From positions 32,001 to 96,000 of IMG/VR virus record IMGVR_UViG_3300044653_000098: a DNA stretch of 64,000 nt; one strand, written 5' to 3'. A program made the position numbers and the translations under genes. The number at the start of each line of letters is the position of its first letter. The first letter of the stretch is position 1. The notes beneath the pieces are model-generated. The model was not told the DNA's origin. It did not search any database and saw only the letters and a program-made list of their open reading frames with translations. Shown here piece after piece: positions 54,569 to 63,830 of this stretch. The DNA comes from a virus.

Positions 54569-54835
54569 ATGGCGGCAGGACGATGCGAGGGCTGTGGCAG
54601 ATCAGACTCTGCGTCCAAGATTGCGCGTCACATCCAGGCATGCGATGAGTGGCTGAAGCTGTACGCCAGGGATCCGGCGCTGGCGCTGTCTCCCGAGGAG
54701 TCGGCCCGGCGGTGGAAAGGCGGGGGCCGCGCTTCCGAGCGCGCGGCATATCTGCTGGCTGTAACCTCTGACATCGAGGAGCGCCGGGCCGCTGCCCTGG
54801 AGCGCTTCCGTCCCGCCGACATCCTGGCCGATTAG
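54569..54835 (+). CDS. Small Zn-finger protein
   Basis: CEGC...H...C; GTATA-N6-ATG. Confidence 0.55.
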   Translation: MAAGRCEGCGRSDSASKIARHIQACDEWLKLYARDPALALSPEESARRWKGGGRASERAAYLLAVTSDIEERRAAALERFRPADILAD

Positions 54836-54842
54836 GAGCGCC

Positions 54843-55283
54843 ATGCCCGATGATGCGCAGCCCACGACCAACTCCAAGATCGAGAACATGAAGCGGGCGC
54901 GGGAAGCTCAGTTCGCCGGCTGGTTCGAGAAACGGCACTGGCGGGTGGCCGAGGAGACCAACGGCCTGCGGACGCGCGATGGCATCACCATTCTGTACGA
55001 CCACGGGGAGTTCTGGGTCCAGCATCCCGGTGTGTTCAAGACCCCGCTCGGGCACCGCGGCAAGCGCGGGTTCCTGGTCAGGGAGACCGACGCCAAGGGC
55101 AATGACCTTGATCCTGCGTCGGTGCAAGCCTTCGGCCATCTCACCCTGAAGACGGCCGGGGAGCGCTACGGGACGATCCACGGCCTGCCGGCCGAGCCCC
55201 GCAGAGAGCCTCCTGAGGAGCTGCTGGGACAGCTGGACCCCCCTCACCCGGATTCGGACGACCCTCCTGAGCCGACTGGCTGA
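54843..55283 (+). CDS. Hypothetical protein
   Basis: AGGAG SD; 146 aa. Confidence 0.6.
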   Translation: MPDDAQPTTNSKIENMKRAREAQFAGWFEKRHWRVAEETNGLRTRDGITILYDHGEFWVQHPGVFKTPLGHRGKRGFLVRETDAKGNDLDPASVQAFGHLTLKTAGERYGTIHGLPAEPRREPPEELLGQLDPPHPDSDDPPEPTG

Positions 55284-55318
55284 GAACTGTCGCCCCTGGG
55301 TGGTAGGATTCCCTTCCA

Positions 55319-55348
55319 GTTGACACGGGTCTACCTCCCGGCTAGTCT
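55319..55348 (+). promoter_or_regulatory. Variant cassette palindrome promoter (TTGACA-N17-TAGTCT)
   Basis: GTTGACACGGGTCTAC, one mismatch to the core, upstream of ATG 55354. Confidence 0.75.
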
Positions 55349-55353
55349 GCTAG

Positions 55354-56499
55354 ATGGAAGAGCCCAGCACGCCTGGGCGCGCATTCCAGCTCGGAAGCAG
55401 GAGGATGCGCATGCCGCAACCTGTAAGTGCAGTGCCGTCATCGCCGGAAGAGTTCGTCAGGCTGTACCGCGATTATGTCGTGCATCTGGTCCGCAAGCTC
55501 GGGGTTCCGGACCAGGACTGTGAGGACGTCGCGAACGACATCCTGGAGAAAGAGCTGAGGGCCAGGGACACGCTCGGCCGCGAGGTCGGGGTCCTGGCGC
55601 TCTACAACCCCCGGCACGAGGTCGAGTTCCAGGGCGAGCGCAAGCGGGTAACCTTCCGCGCGTTCCTGTCCGCCCGGGTAGCCCTGAGAGTGCGGGGCAA
55701 GCGCGAGACCATTCAGCGCCGCGCCGGGCGCGAGCTGCTGATCTGCGACTCCGCGGTCAGCGACGGCCAGAGCTGGATCGACCTGTTCGGGGGATCGGTC
55801 ACCGACGACTACAGCCACCTGGACGCCGAGGAGTGGCTGGCCGCCATGCGTGACCGGCTGGCCCGCGTTCCCCGCAGCTCCCCCGGTGACAGCTGCGACC
55901 TCATCGCCTTGTTTGATGAGCTGGTCAGCCAGATCAAGCGGACCGGGGCGATCGACCGGTCCGCGGTGCAGTCCCGCTTCGACGTTGCCGACACCACGGT
56001 GACCAACTGGCTGCACCGGCTTCGCGAAATTATGGGCGCCGTCCCCGGCACCGAGCTGGCCCCGCCGGAGAGCCGCGTCATCGGCGGCGTGACCCTGACC
56101 ATGGCCGACATCCGGATGGCGCTCAACGTTCTGCGCAGCGCCCCCGGCATCATGGTCCGGCAGCCGCTGGCCAAGGCCGGGCACCCGCTGGCCAGGGCCG
56201 AGGCGGGCTGGTACCACTCTTTCTCCAAGGAAGAGATCAAGGCTTTCCCCGAGATCGCGGTCGACCCCCAGACCCACCGCAAGCCTGCCGGGCACGTGAA
56301 GCTCGCCGTGATCCACCGGCTGGAGCGGATGCTCGGGCTGCTCATGGCCGAGGCCCCGGCGCCCGAGCCGGAAGAGCCGCTGACCGAGTGGGAGCTGACC
56401 GAGGCCCGCCTGTGGTCGGCCGGCCTGAAGGACACCTCGGTGCTGGATGAGATCCACAAGTGGTGGGAGACCAGCCACTCGGAGGTATCAGTCGCATGA
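55354..56499 (+). CDS. Sigma-factor-like protein with extra C-terminal domain
   Basis: FVRLYRDYVVHLVRKLGVPDQDCEDVANDIL (region 2-like); TFRAFL; VQSRFDVADTTVTNWLHRLR (HTH). Confidence 0.6.
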   Translation: MEEPSTPGRAFQLGSRRMRMPQPVSAVPSSPEEFVRLYRDYVVHLVRKLGVPDQDCEDVANDILEKELRARDTLGREVGVLALYNPRHEVEFQGERKRVTFRAFLSARVALRVRGKRETIQRRAGRELLICDSAVSDGQSWIDLFGGSVTDDYSHLDAEEWLAAMRDRLARVPRSSPGDSCDLIALFDELVSQIKRTGAIDRSAVQSRFDVADTTVTNWLHRLREIMGAVPGTELAPPESRVIGGVTLTMADIRMALNVLRSAPGIMVRQPLAKAGHPLARAEAGWYHSFSKEEIKAFPEIAVDPQTHRKPAGHVKLAVIHRLERMLGLLMAEAPAPEPEEPLTEWELTEARLWSAGLKDTSVLDEIHKWWETSHSEVSVA

Positions 56500-56638
56500 T
56501 GGCAGAACAGACGGTTGTCGTTCAGGGTCTGGATGTCCTGGGCATCGTTGCAAGTATCGGGCTGGTGGTACTGATCTTTGGTCTTGTGTGGGTCATCAAT
56601 CTCCTGGGCGACATCCGCAGAGAGCTGCGGAGGAATCG

Positions 56639-57427
56639 GTGATCGTCGGCCACGACCGCGTCATGACCGAGTTGCTGTGCTGCTCCGAGCCGGCCATGCT
56701 TCTGCAGGGCCCCGCCAGCGTCGGCAAGTTCACCGCAGCCCGTCACGTCGCCTACTCCTGGGAAGTGCAGCAGGCCGACCTGTTCTGCATCGAGAAGCTT
56801 TCAGCAAACGATGCTAAGCGGGTGGCTGACCAGCTGGCTTACATCCCGCCGTTCGGTGAGCTGAAGGCGTTCATCATCCGGACGGACGGATCCACCCCCA
56901 TCGCCCAGAACATCCTGCTGAAGACGCTGGAGGAGCCCACGCCCGGCATCCGGTTCTTCCTGGTGGCTTCGGAGCCTGTGCTGCCCACGATCGCCTCGCG
57001 GTGCCGCCTGTTCCAGTTCGGGCTGCTCAGCGACGGTGAGGTCGAGCAGGTGCTTCGCCAGACCGGGATGAATGCCGAGTCGGCCGCCTTCCACGCACCG
57101 CTCGGCGCGGGCCGGGTGCAGGCCGCCAGGGCCGGGGTCAGTCCCCATGCCCGCGGTCAGGTCGTCTCAGCGCTGCGTGCGCTGGCCGCCAGGGATCCGT
57201 CCATGCTGCCCGCCGCCCTGAGGGAATGGGACGAGGCGGCTCACGAGCTGCTCAAGTTGTGGGCTGCTGAGGCCGCCTCCGGCCGGTGGCGCGTGTTCAC
57301 TGACGAGAGCGCCCCCGGTGCCAGTGCGGACATGGCCCGGAAGTTGCTCGGCCGGCTGGGCAGCTACTCCCAGAGCGCTCCCAAGCTGGCGGCTTACGCC
57401 GCGCTCGACTCCCTGTGCTGGAGCTGA
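56639..57427 (+). CDS. holB: DNA polymerase III delta-prime-like clamp-loader subunit
   Basis: LLQGPASVGKFTAA; AQNILLKTLEEP; LPTIASRC. Confidence 0.85.
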   Translation: MIVGHDRVMTELLCCSEPAMLLQGPASVGKFTAARHVAYSWEVQQADLFCIEKLSANDAKRVADQLAYIPPFGELKAFIIRTDGSTPIAQNILLKTLEEPTPGIRFFLVASEPVLPTIASRCRLFQFGLLSDGEVEQVLRQTGMNAESAAFHAPLGAGRVQAARAGVSPHARGQVVSALRALAARDPSMLPAALREWDEAAHELLKLWAAEAASGRWRVFTDESAPGASADMARKLLGRLGSYSQSAPKLAAYAALDSLCWS

Positions 57428-57489
57428 TTTCCTGCGCGATACCCCTCCTGTCGTGCAGCATTGCACCGACCACATAGGAGGGGAATACG

Positions 57490-58047
57490 ATGCCTGACGA
57501 GATCGGGGCTGTCGACCTCAGCGGACTGCCCGGCAGGATGGATGCCGCCCGGCGGCAGAGGAGTGAGCCGCCTCACCCGCAGCGCCCTCCGTCCCGGACC
57601 ACCGCCAGGGTGCACTCGGCGGTGACCAATCCAGATGGATCTGGCGTAGCCCAGATCATGGTCACGGACGACGCTCCTCCGTGGATGACCCCTGAGCTGG
57701 AGCAGAGCCACAAAGACCTGCTCGACCTGGGTGAGCAGGTGCAGCGGCGCAGTCAGGAGGTGCTGCGCTACGGGGGGAACATCCCCCTGGAGAGCATGTT
57801 CTCCCTGCAGCTGTTCACGCTGGTCGACATGCTCTTCCCGCGGACCACCGAGCGCGGCCAGAGGCAGTTTCTGGAGTATCAGGTCCGGGTGCAGAACCGG
57901 CTGCTGGAGATTCTCGACTCCGTTGAGGCGCAGATCCACCAGGCAGCCCTGGCCGCCGGGAGTCACGTTCCCCCGGAGGCCCTGGCCCGGATGGCTGAGC
58001 GCGCCGGGATACCCACCCCGGCGGCCGAGCAGAGACGAGGTGGATGA
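57490..58047 (+). CDS. Hypothetical protein
   Basis: AGGAGG SD; 185 aa. Confidence 0.6.
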   Translation: MPDEIGAVDLSGLPGRMDAARRQRSEPPHPQRPPSRTTARVHSAVTNPDGSGVAQIMVTDDAPPWMTPELEQSHKDLLDLGEQVQRRSQEVLRYGGNIPLESMFSLQLFTLVDMLFPRTTERGQRQFLEYQVRVQNRLLEILDSVEAQIHQAALAAGSHVPPEALARMAERAGIPTPAAEQRRGG

Positions 58048-59015
58048 TGGCAACTTACGGGCAGTGGGCTAAGAAACGGGAGCTGGGCAGGATCAGCTGG
58101 GTCTGCGGCAATGAGCCCGTGCTGATCGAGGAGATCGTCGCCACGGCGCTGGCGCAGGCCACGTCCAGCCTCGTCCTTGATGCGGCGGAATGCACTGAGG
58201 CCGACGTCTGGTCCGCGGCCGCCTCACCGCCGGCCGATCCGGACGAGCGCCTGCTGGTTCTCGTCCGCAGCGCCCAGCGGCTGAAACGGTGGGATCAGCT
58301 CGCCCCGCTGCTCACCGCCCGCGACCTCGGTCAGGTCCGGGTGCTGTTCGTCTCCTCTGAGGAACGGCTGGCCAGGCGCCGCGGTGAGGACGAGGAGAAG
58401 GCGGTCCTCGCACCGCATCTGGCCCTGCTGCGCGACAGCCGGCCGGGGATGGTGGTGGAGTGCCGGGTGCCGGAAGACTGGCGGGACATGCCCGAGTGGC
58501 TGCTTGAGTGGGCCAGCACGGCGCTCGGCGGTGCCGGGCGCGTGGCCGGGGAGATGCTGCTCATGCTGTCCGGCAGCATCACCGAAGCGGCTGCGGTGGC
58601 TGCCAAGCTCACCGGAGCCGGGATCCCCCCGAGCCGGGAGATGATCACTGCCCTGGCCGACCCGGCCGCTTCCTACACCGAGGCTGTGATAGCTGGACGC
58701 ACGGCGGAGGCCCTGGCAGCGGCCGCGGGCATGACCCGCGAGGACACCGGGGCTGCGATCGGGCTGCTTGCCTCCCGGCTCGACCTGCTGCTTGCCCTCC
58801 ACGAGGCCGCCATGAGGCACTGGGACGCCCGTGAGACCGCGGTGAAGGGCAGCGTGCCCAGCTTCCTCCAGCTGCGCTACAGGGCCGCTGCGGCCTCGTA
58901 CAGCCACGAGCGTGCCCGCTCGCTCCGGCTGGTCCTGGCGGAAGCTGACGCAGCGTGGCGCTCGGGAGCCCAGGATGGGGTGCCGGAGTTCGTCGCGGTG
59001 CTGTGGGCGGCTTAG
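58044..59015 (+). CDS. DNA polymerase III delta-like subunit (divergent)
   Basis: ISWVCGNEPVLIEE; RLLVLVRSA; size and proximity to holB. Confidence 0.6.
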   Translation: MMATYGQWAKKRELGRISWVCGNEPVLIEEIVATALAQATSSLVLDAAECTEADVWSAAASPPADPDERLLVLVRSAQRLKRWDQLAPLLTARDLGQVRVLFVSSEERLARRRGEDEEKAVLAPHLALLRDSRPGMVVECRVPEDWRDMPEWLLEWASTALGGAGRVAGEMLLMLSGSITEAAAVAAKLTGAGIPPSREMITALADPAASYTEAVIAGRTAEALAAAAGMTREDTGAAIGLLASRLDLLLALHEAAMRHWDARETAVKGSVPSFLQLRYRAAAASYSHERARSLRLVLAEADAAWRSGAQDGVPEFVAVLWAA

Positions 59016-59029
59016 GAGGTAGCAGGGAC

Positions 59030-59470
59030 ATGACGACCAAGCCACGCCAGCGCCCTGGCGATCAGCCGCTGCCGGTCCCGAATGAGCGTCCCTCGATTCA
59101 TGATCTGGCAATCGAGGATCTGACGACCGGGCTGTTCAGTGATCCCGCCCCCGGCATCGACCTCATGGGGTCGCGCAAAGACCTTGGACTGGAGCGGTAC
59201 GGCTCCCTGCTGCAGGCGTTCAACGGCCGTGACGCGCACCGGGATTCCCTGGAAGAGATGGCTGATCTAATCGTCTACACCAGGCAGATGATTGAGGAGC
59301 ACCGGGAGGCTGGAACACCCCCTGGGCCCATGCTCATTAGGCTGGAGGTTGTCTACCAGACCCTGCTGTTCCTGCTAGTCGATATGTCGACACTCTCGCT
59401 TCCTGCGCCAGAGCCGAGCTATGGTGATGGTGAGCAGGCAGGAGAGCCTGCGGACGGAGCTGGTTCATGA
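59030..59470 (+). CDS. Putative all-alpha NTP pyrophosphohydrolase-like protein
   Basis: RKDLGLERYG.LL..FNGRD...DSLEEMADLIVY. Confidence 0.5.
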   Translation: MTTKPRQRPGDQPLPVPNERPSIHDLAIEDLTTGLFSDPAPGIDLMGSRKDLGLERYGSLLQAFNGRDAHRDSLEEMADLIVYTRQMIEEHREAGTPPGPMLIRLEVVYQTLLFLLVDMSTLSLPAPEPSYGDGEQAGEPADGAGS

Positions 59471-59859
59471 CAGGCGCAGCCCCGCCCAGCTGGCGGGTTT
59501 ACCAGAAGGAATGGACCGTCGTCTACACCAGTGATGCAACGGACAAGGAAGGCGCGGCGGAGACCAGCCGGTTCCTTGCCGAGCATTATGATGGCCGCCT
59601 GAACGACGAGGACATCCGGATGAGTCTTACGGTCCCTGTCCTCGTGAACGGCCAGCGCCCCGAGAACTGCGAGCCAACGCATGCGCGCGGCTCGGTGCGG
59701 ACCTGGAACCTCCGTGGTGAGTGGGGCCTGCGCGAGGACGCAGACAACCACGTCGAGAGGATCTGGGCCGCAGAAGGTGTAGTCCCTACCGTGGTGGGGG
59801 CAGAAACACCACAGGAGCAGGAGCTGCTCGATTACGGGAAGAGGATGCTGCCCGCATGA
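59467..59859 (+). CDS. Hypothetical protein
   Basis: ATGA overlaps on both sides. Confidence 0.5.
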   Translation: MTGAAPPSWRVYQKEWTVVYTSDATDKEGAAETSRFLAEHYDGRLNDEDIRMSLTVPVLVNGQRPENCEPTHARGSVRTWNLRGEWGLREDADNHVERIWAAEGVVPTVVGAETPQEQELLDYGKRMLPA

Positions 59860-60031
59860 GCCCAGTTGCTGTCGAGGCACTCGAAACCAGGCTGGCGCAG
59901 ACAGAGCGCGAGCGTGACTTCGCGAACACGGTGGCCGCGGAGGCCGTCCGCATGCTCAGCGATGATCAGCTTCACGCGCTGCGCCGCCGGCTGGCGGGGT
60001 GCGACGAGCCTGCGCTCGTCCGCACGGGCTG

Positions 60032-60373
60032 ATGCGTGTCTACCGGGATCGCTCCGGGCGTGTCGCCGGCACGTCCCAGGGCTGCTTGTCCTACTTTATC
60101 GGATGGTCGTTCGGGGTCATCCTCACACTTGGGGGAATCGCCCTCATCTTCCTGTGGCCGCTGGCGGTCTTCCAGGGACCTAACGACTGGCAGCCCCGGC
60201 TCTTCTGGTTCTTCACCCAGTGGTTCCTCGTCTCCCTGATCGTCCGCCGGGTCTCCCGCGTCGCCAGGCGCCGCCGGCTCGCCGCGCAGGCCGACCGGGC
60301 CATCGCTGAAAAGTACGGGCCCGGCCCGAGGGACTGGTCGCCCATGACCGACGACGGCCGACGGGCAATCTGA
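60032..60373 (+). CDS. Membrane protein
   Basis: Two hydrophobic helices. Confidence 0.5.
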   Translation: MRVYRDRSGRVAGTSQGCLSYFIGWSFGVILTLGGIALIFLWPLAVFQGPNDWQPRLFWFFTQWFLVSLIVRRVSRVARRRRLAAQADRAIAEKYGPGPRDWSPMTDDGRRAI

Positions 60374-60395
60374 GCCTCACACGAGTAATACAGGC

Positions 60396-62927
60396 GTGAG
60401 CCAACCCACGACTGCGTTTGCGCCGGACTACGGTCTTATCTCCAGCGACGACGAGTTCGAGCAGCTCTGCCAGAAGCTGGTAGAAGATGGTCTGCCCTTC
60501 GGCTTTGACATCGAGACCAGCTATGACGGCGAGCCCCGCGAGGAAGCCCAGCTGCACCCGGAGACTAACTTCGTCTGCGGGCTGAGCTTCACCAATGCCA
60601 CGACCTGGGCCCGGTATGCACCGCTGCGCCACGACTTCGGGTTCAACCTGGACAACAAGCGCGCCGCCGTCGCCTTCTGGCAGGTGGTGCAGACCCGGCT
60701 GGGGATCCCGCACAACGCGAAGTTCGAGCGTCGCTGCCTGTCCCGCTGGTTCATGGAGTACCTGGGCGATCACCCGCTGCTGGGCGCCGCGGTGCGTGCG
60801 GCCTGCGGGTACTTCGACGTCCTGTCCGACACGATGCTGGAATCCTACGTCGAGGCGGCCAACCAGAAGCACGGGCTAAAGGAAATCACCTTCCTCAACT
60901 TCGGCCACAAGATGGCTGAGATCTTCGACCTGTTCCCGCAGCGCCTGACCAAGGGCGGCAAGCCGCGCAAGCTCACGCAGAAGGAACAGAAGAGCATCCG
61001 GTTCAGTGAGCTGGACCAGCACGACCCTAAGGTCATCGCGTACGCCTGCGAGGACTCCCTGTGGGCGCTGGTCCACCACTACCGCCGCTACCCGGTGGTC
61101 AAGGACAACTGGATCTACCAGCTGGAGATGGCGATCCTGCCGATCGCCTGCAAGATGGAGGACCGGGGGGTCCAGTACGACTGGAACTTCCTGCGTGAGG
61201 GAGCAGTGCGCGCCCGGGCGTTCCAGGACAAGCTGGCGCGGGTGATCAACGCTGAGCTGACCAAGCTCGTGCGCGGGATGGACCCGGAAGCCGACGAGGT
61301 TGACATCAACCTCGCCTCCCCGGCGCAGATCTCCGCGGTGCTCTACGACAAGCTCGGGTTCACGACCCGGCGCAAGACCAACAGCGGGAAGAACTCGACC
61401 GACGAGGTCGCGCTGACCGGGCTGGCCAAGTCCTATCCGGTGGTCCAGCGGATCCTGGACTGGAAGTCGCTGAATAAGCTCGCAGGCACCTATCTGGAGG
61501 TCTACGAGGAGCGGTTCAGCTACGCACCTGATGGCAGGGCCCACCCCGGCTGGCTCCAGCATGGGGTGCCGGCCGGCCGGTTCGCGGCCGCGGGGCCGCC
61601 GGTCCAGCAGAGCCCCAAGCACTACCACTACAAGATCACCCGCGAGGAGTGGCAGGAGGCCACCGGCACCGCGGCGGAGCAGGACATTACCTTTGACTTC
61701 AACTTCCGCGATGCGATCGTCGCCCCGCAGGGCTACTACCTGATCGGGTTCGACTACAAGAACATGGAGCTGCGGGTTCTGGCCGGCGAGGCCCAGGAGC
61801 CCGCGCTGCTGGAGGCGTTCGGCCGAGGCGAGGACGTCCACATGCTGACCGCCACGCTCATGCTCGGGCGCCCGGCGGCCCAGATCGCCAAGGACGACCG
61901 GGACAAGTTCGGCAAGATCATGAACTTCGCCCTGTCCTATCAGATGGGTGTTGACGGCCTGTCCCAGCGTCTCGGTGTCAGCAAGGACGAAGCTCAGGCT
62001 TTGTTCGATCAGTATTTTTCTGCCTACACCCGGATCAAGGCGTACATGGACCAGACCGTGGCCAGCGCCAAGGCGCTCGGCTACATCACCACCCGGTTCG
62101 GCCGGAAGGTGAAGATCTGGGAGTTCCTGAGCAATGAGCGGTGGATCTACGCCGCCGGGGAGCGCCTGGCTGGGAACGCGCCGATCCAGGGCGCCGGGAC
62201 CGGGGACTACCCGAAGATCGCCATGGTGCGCGCTGAGGCGGCTCTGCAGCAGGCTGGGCTGGCGGACTCGGCCGAGCTGGTCATGAACATGCACGACGCC
62301 CTGTACTGGTACGTGAAGGCCGACGTGGCCCCGGCCGACGTTATTCGCGTCCTGCAGCCCGCGGTTGTCTTCCCGGTTGAGGGCTGGCCGCCTATCGAGG
62401 TCGAGTGGTGCGCCGGGTACCGGTGGGGATCAATGAAGGACTTGGAGGTGCTGCCAGATGGCTCTGTACGGATCGCCGGAGCAGAGGAGCCAGCAGTCGG
62501 AGTACGTGAACCGGCTGGAGTACCTGAGCAAGATGAACCAGCCGCTGAGCCAGTCGGAGCGCGAGTGGCGGTTCCAGAGCCGGCGGTGGCCAGCGCTGCT
62601 CCTGCTGTGCTCGCTGGGCCTGCTCGCAGCCCTGACCCTGGCCTACCTGCTCTGGACACTGCGCCCCGCACTGTGATCGTCACGCTCGAACGTCAGCCCG
62701 AGGTCTTGGCCTGGACGGGTTTCTGCGGCTGGTTGCAGAGCGATGAGATGGCCGGGAGCAACCGGGTGATCGTGCGTGTGCCCGCGGGAGAAGTGGAGCT
62801 GGATATGCGGTGCAAGCTCGACCCGGCGTGGCAGCCTAATGTGTCCCTGCTCTTCGGCGGGGCGGTGGTCAACTACGCTCCTGATAGCGTCGATACAGGA
62901 GCCCTGGCCGCCGGACTGAGCCTTTAG
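60396..62927 (+). CDS. polA: Family A DNA polymerase with 3'-5' exonuclease and C-terminal extension
   Basis: FDIETS, HNAKFE, YACED (exo); DYKNMELRVLA, KIMNFALSY, NAPIQG, MHD. Confidence 0.93.
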   Translation: MSQPTTAFAPDYGLISSDDEFEQLCQKLVEDGLPFGFDIETSYDGEPREEAQLHPETNFVCGLSFTNATTWARYAPLRHDFGFNLDNKRAAVAFWQVVQTRLGIPHNAKFERRCLSRWFMEYLGDHPLLGAAVRAACGYFDVLSDTMLESYVEAANQKHGLKEITFLNFGHKMAEIFDLFPQRLTKGGKPRKLTQKEQKSIRFSELDQHDPKVIAYACEDSLWALVHHYRRYPVVKDNWIYQLEMAILPIACKMEDRGVQYDWNFLREGAVRARAFQDKLARVINAELTKLVRGMDPEADEVDINLASPAQISAVLYDKLGFTTRRKTNSGKNSTDEVALTGLAKSYPVVQRILDWKSLNKLAGTYLEVYEERFSYAPDGRAHPGWLQHGVPAGRFAAAGPPVQQSPKHYHYKITREEWQEATGTAAEQDITFDFNFRDAIVAPQGYYLIGFDYKNMELRVLAGEAQEPALLEAFGRGEDVHMLTATLMLGRPAAQIAKDDRDKFGKIMNFALSYQMGVDGLSQRLGVSKDEAQALFDQYFSAYTRIKAYMDQTVASAKALGYITTRFGRKVKIWEFLSNERWIYAAGERLAGNAPIQGAGTGDYPKIAMVRAEAALQQAGLADSAELVMNMHDALYWYVKADVAPADVIRVLQPAVVFPVEGWPPIEVEWCAGYRWGSMKDLEVLPDGSVRIAGAEEPAVGVREPAGVPEQDEPAAEPVGARVAVPEPAVASAAPAVLAGPARSPDPGLPALDTAPRTVIVTLERQPEVLAWTGFCGWLQSDEMAGSNRVIVRVPAGEVELDMRCKLDPAWQPNVSLLFGGAVVNYAPDSVDTGALAAGLSL

Positions 62928-62941
62928 GGAGTAACAGGATC

Positions 62942-63325
62942 ATGGATATCGAATACCACTGGGCGAGTGAGTACGCCCGCCGCAAGTTCGGCGTCACATT
63001 GAACGATGGAGACGATCTCTACCGTCTCCTCCGGGACATCCACCTCCGGGGCAGCGCCCCTGAGATTGCTGCGAAGCTGACGGGCGATCAGGTGTTCAAC
63101 CTGCTGAGCCTGGAGGCTGAATACCGCGCTCTTACCGCATACGGGATCTACGTCGGCGGCCTGTACGAGGCCGGAGGCGAGGCTGCGCTGCCTCCCGATG
63201 CACAGGACACCGCCACTAGGCTGCGTAAGCTGGCGGCGACACGCCAGGAGATGTTCGCTGACCTGCGCTCCAAGTTCGGGGCCGAGGAGCCTGCTATGGC
63301 CGGCGCGGCCGGGGCCGGTGTCTAG
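62942..63325 (+). CDS. Hypothetical protein
   Basis: 127 aa after the polymerase. Confidence 0.55.
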   Translation: MDIEYHWASEYARRKFGVTLNDGDDLYRLLRDIHLRGSAPEIAAKLTGDQVFNLLSLEAEYRALTAYGIYVGGLYEAGGEAALPPDAQDTATRLRKLAATRQEMFADLRSKFGAEEPAMAGAAGAGV

Positions 63326-63830
63326 CCCGGACCCATCCGCTAACCTCCGCGCTGCGATACTCAGCTGGCTTCAGGAGGCACAGCGCCTGCGCGCTCAGGT
63401 GTCGGCCGCTGTGCCTCCTCTGGGCTCTCACCCGGACCGCTTCGCTGAGGCGCTGCTGGTGGCCCGCGGGTGCCAGGACCGGGTCGAGCAGATCCTCGGT
63501 GAGGCGGAGAGCCTGCGGCACATGTCCCGTCGGTGGGCCTGGGATCTGGAAGCCACCGCCGACGACGCCTACGATGCCCAGGTGGCTGCGAACCGCCAGA
63601 TGGGTCGCGGCGGTGAAGGCGACTACCGCACCGGCCGCGAGCGCCAGGCGGAGATCAATCTTTCGATACTTACCCAGCTTCAGGCTCACCGGAGCGCCCG
63701 TCGTTTCTACGATGAAGTGGACGAGCTGGTCGAGCGGCTGCGGATCCTGCATCGCGGGATTGATGGAACGCGCCAGGATCTCGGCAACTACCTGCGTCAC
63801 GTGCAGTGGGAAAAGAGCATGGAACGATGA
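63318..63830 (+). CDS. Helical hypothetical protein
   Basis: GTG start overlapping previous gene. Confidence 0.55.
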   Translation: MSSPDPSANLRAAILSWLQEAQRLRAQVSAAVPPLGSHPDRFAEALLVARGCQDRVEQILGEAESLRHMSRRWAWDLEATADDAYDAQVAANRQMGRGGEGDYRTGRERQAEINLSILTQLQAHRSARRFYDEVDELVERLRILHRGIDGTRQDLGNYLRHVQWEKSMER

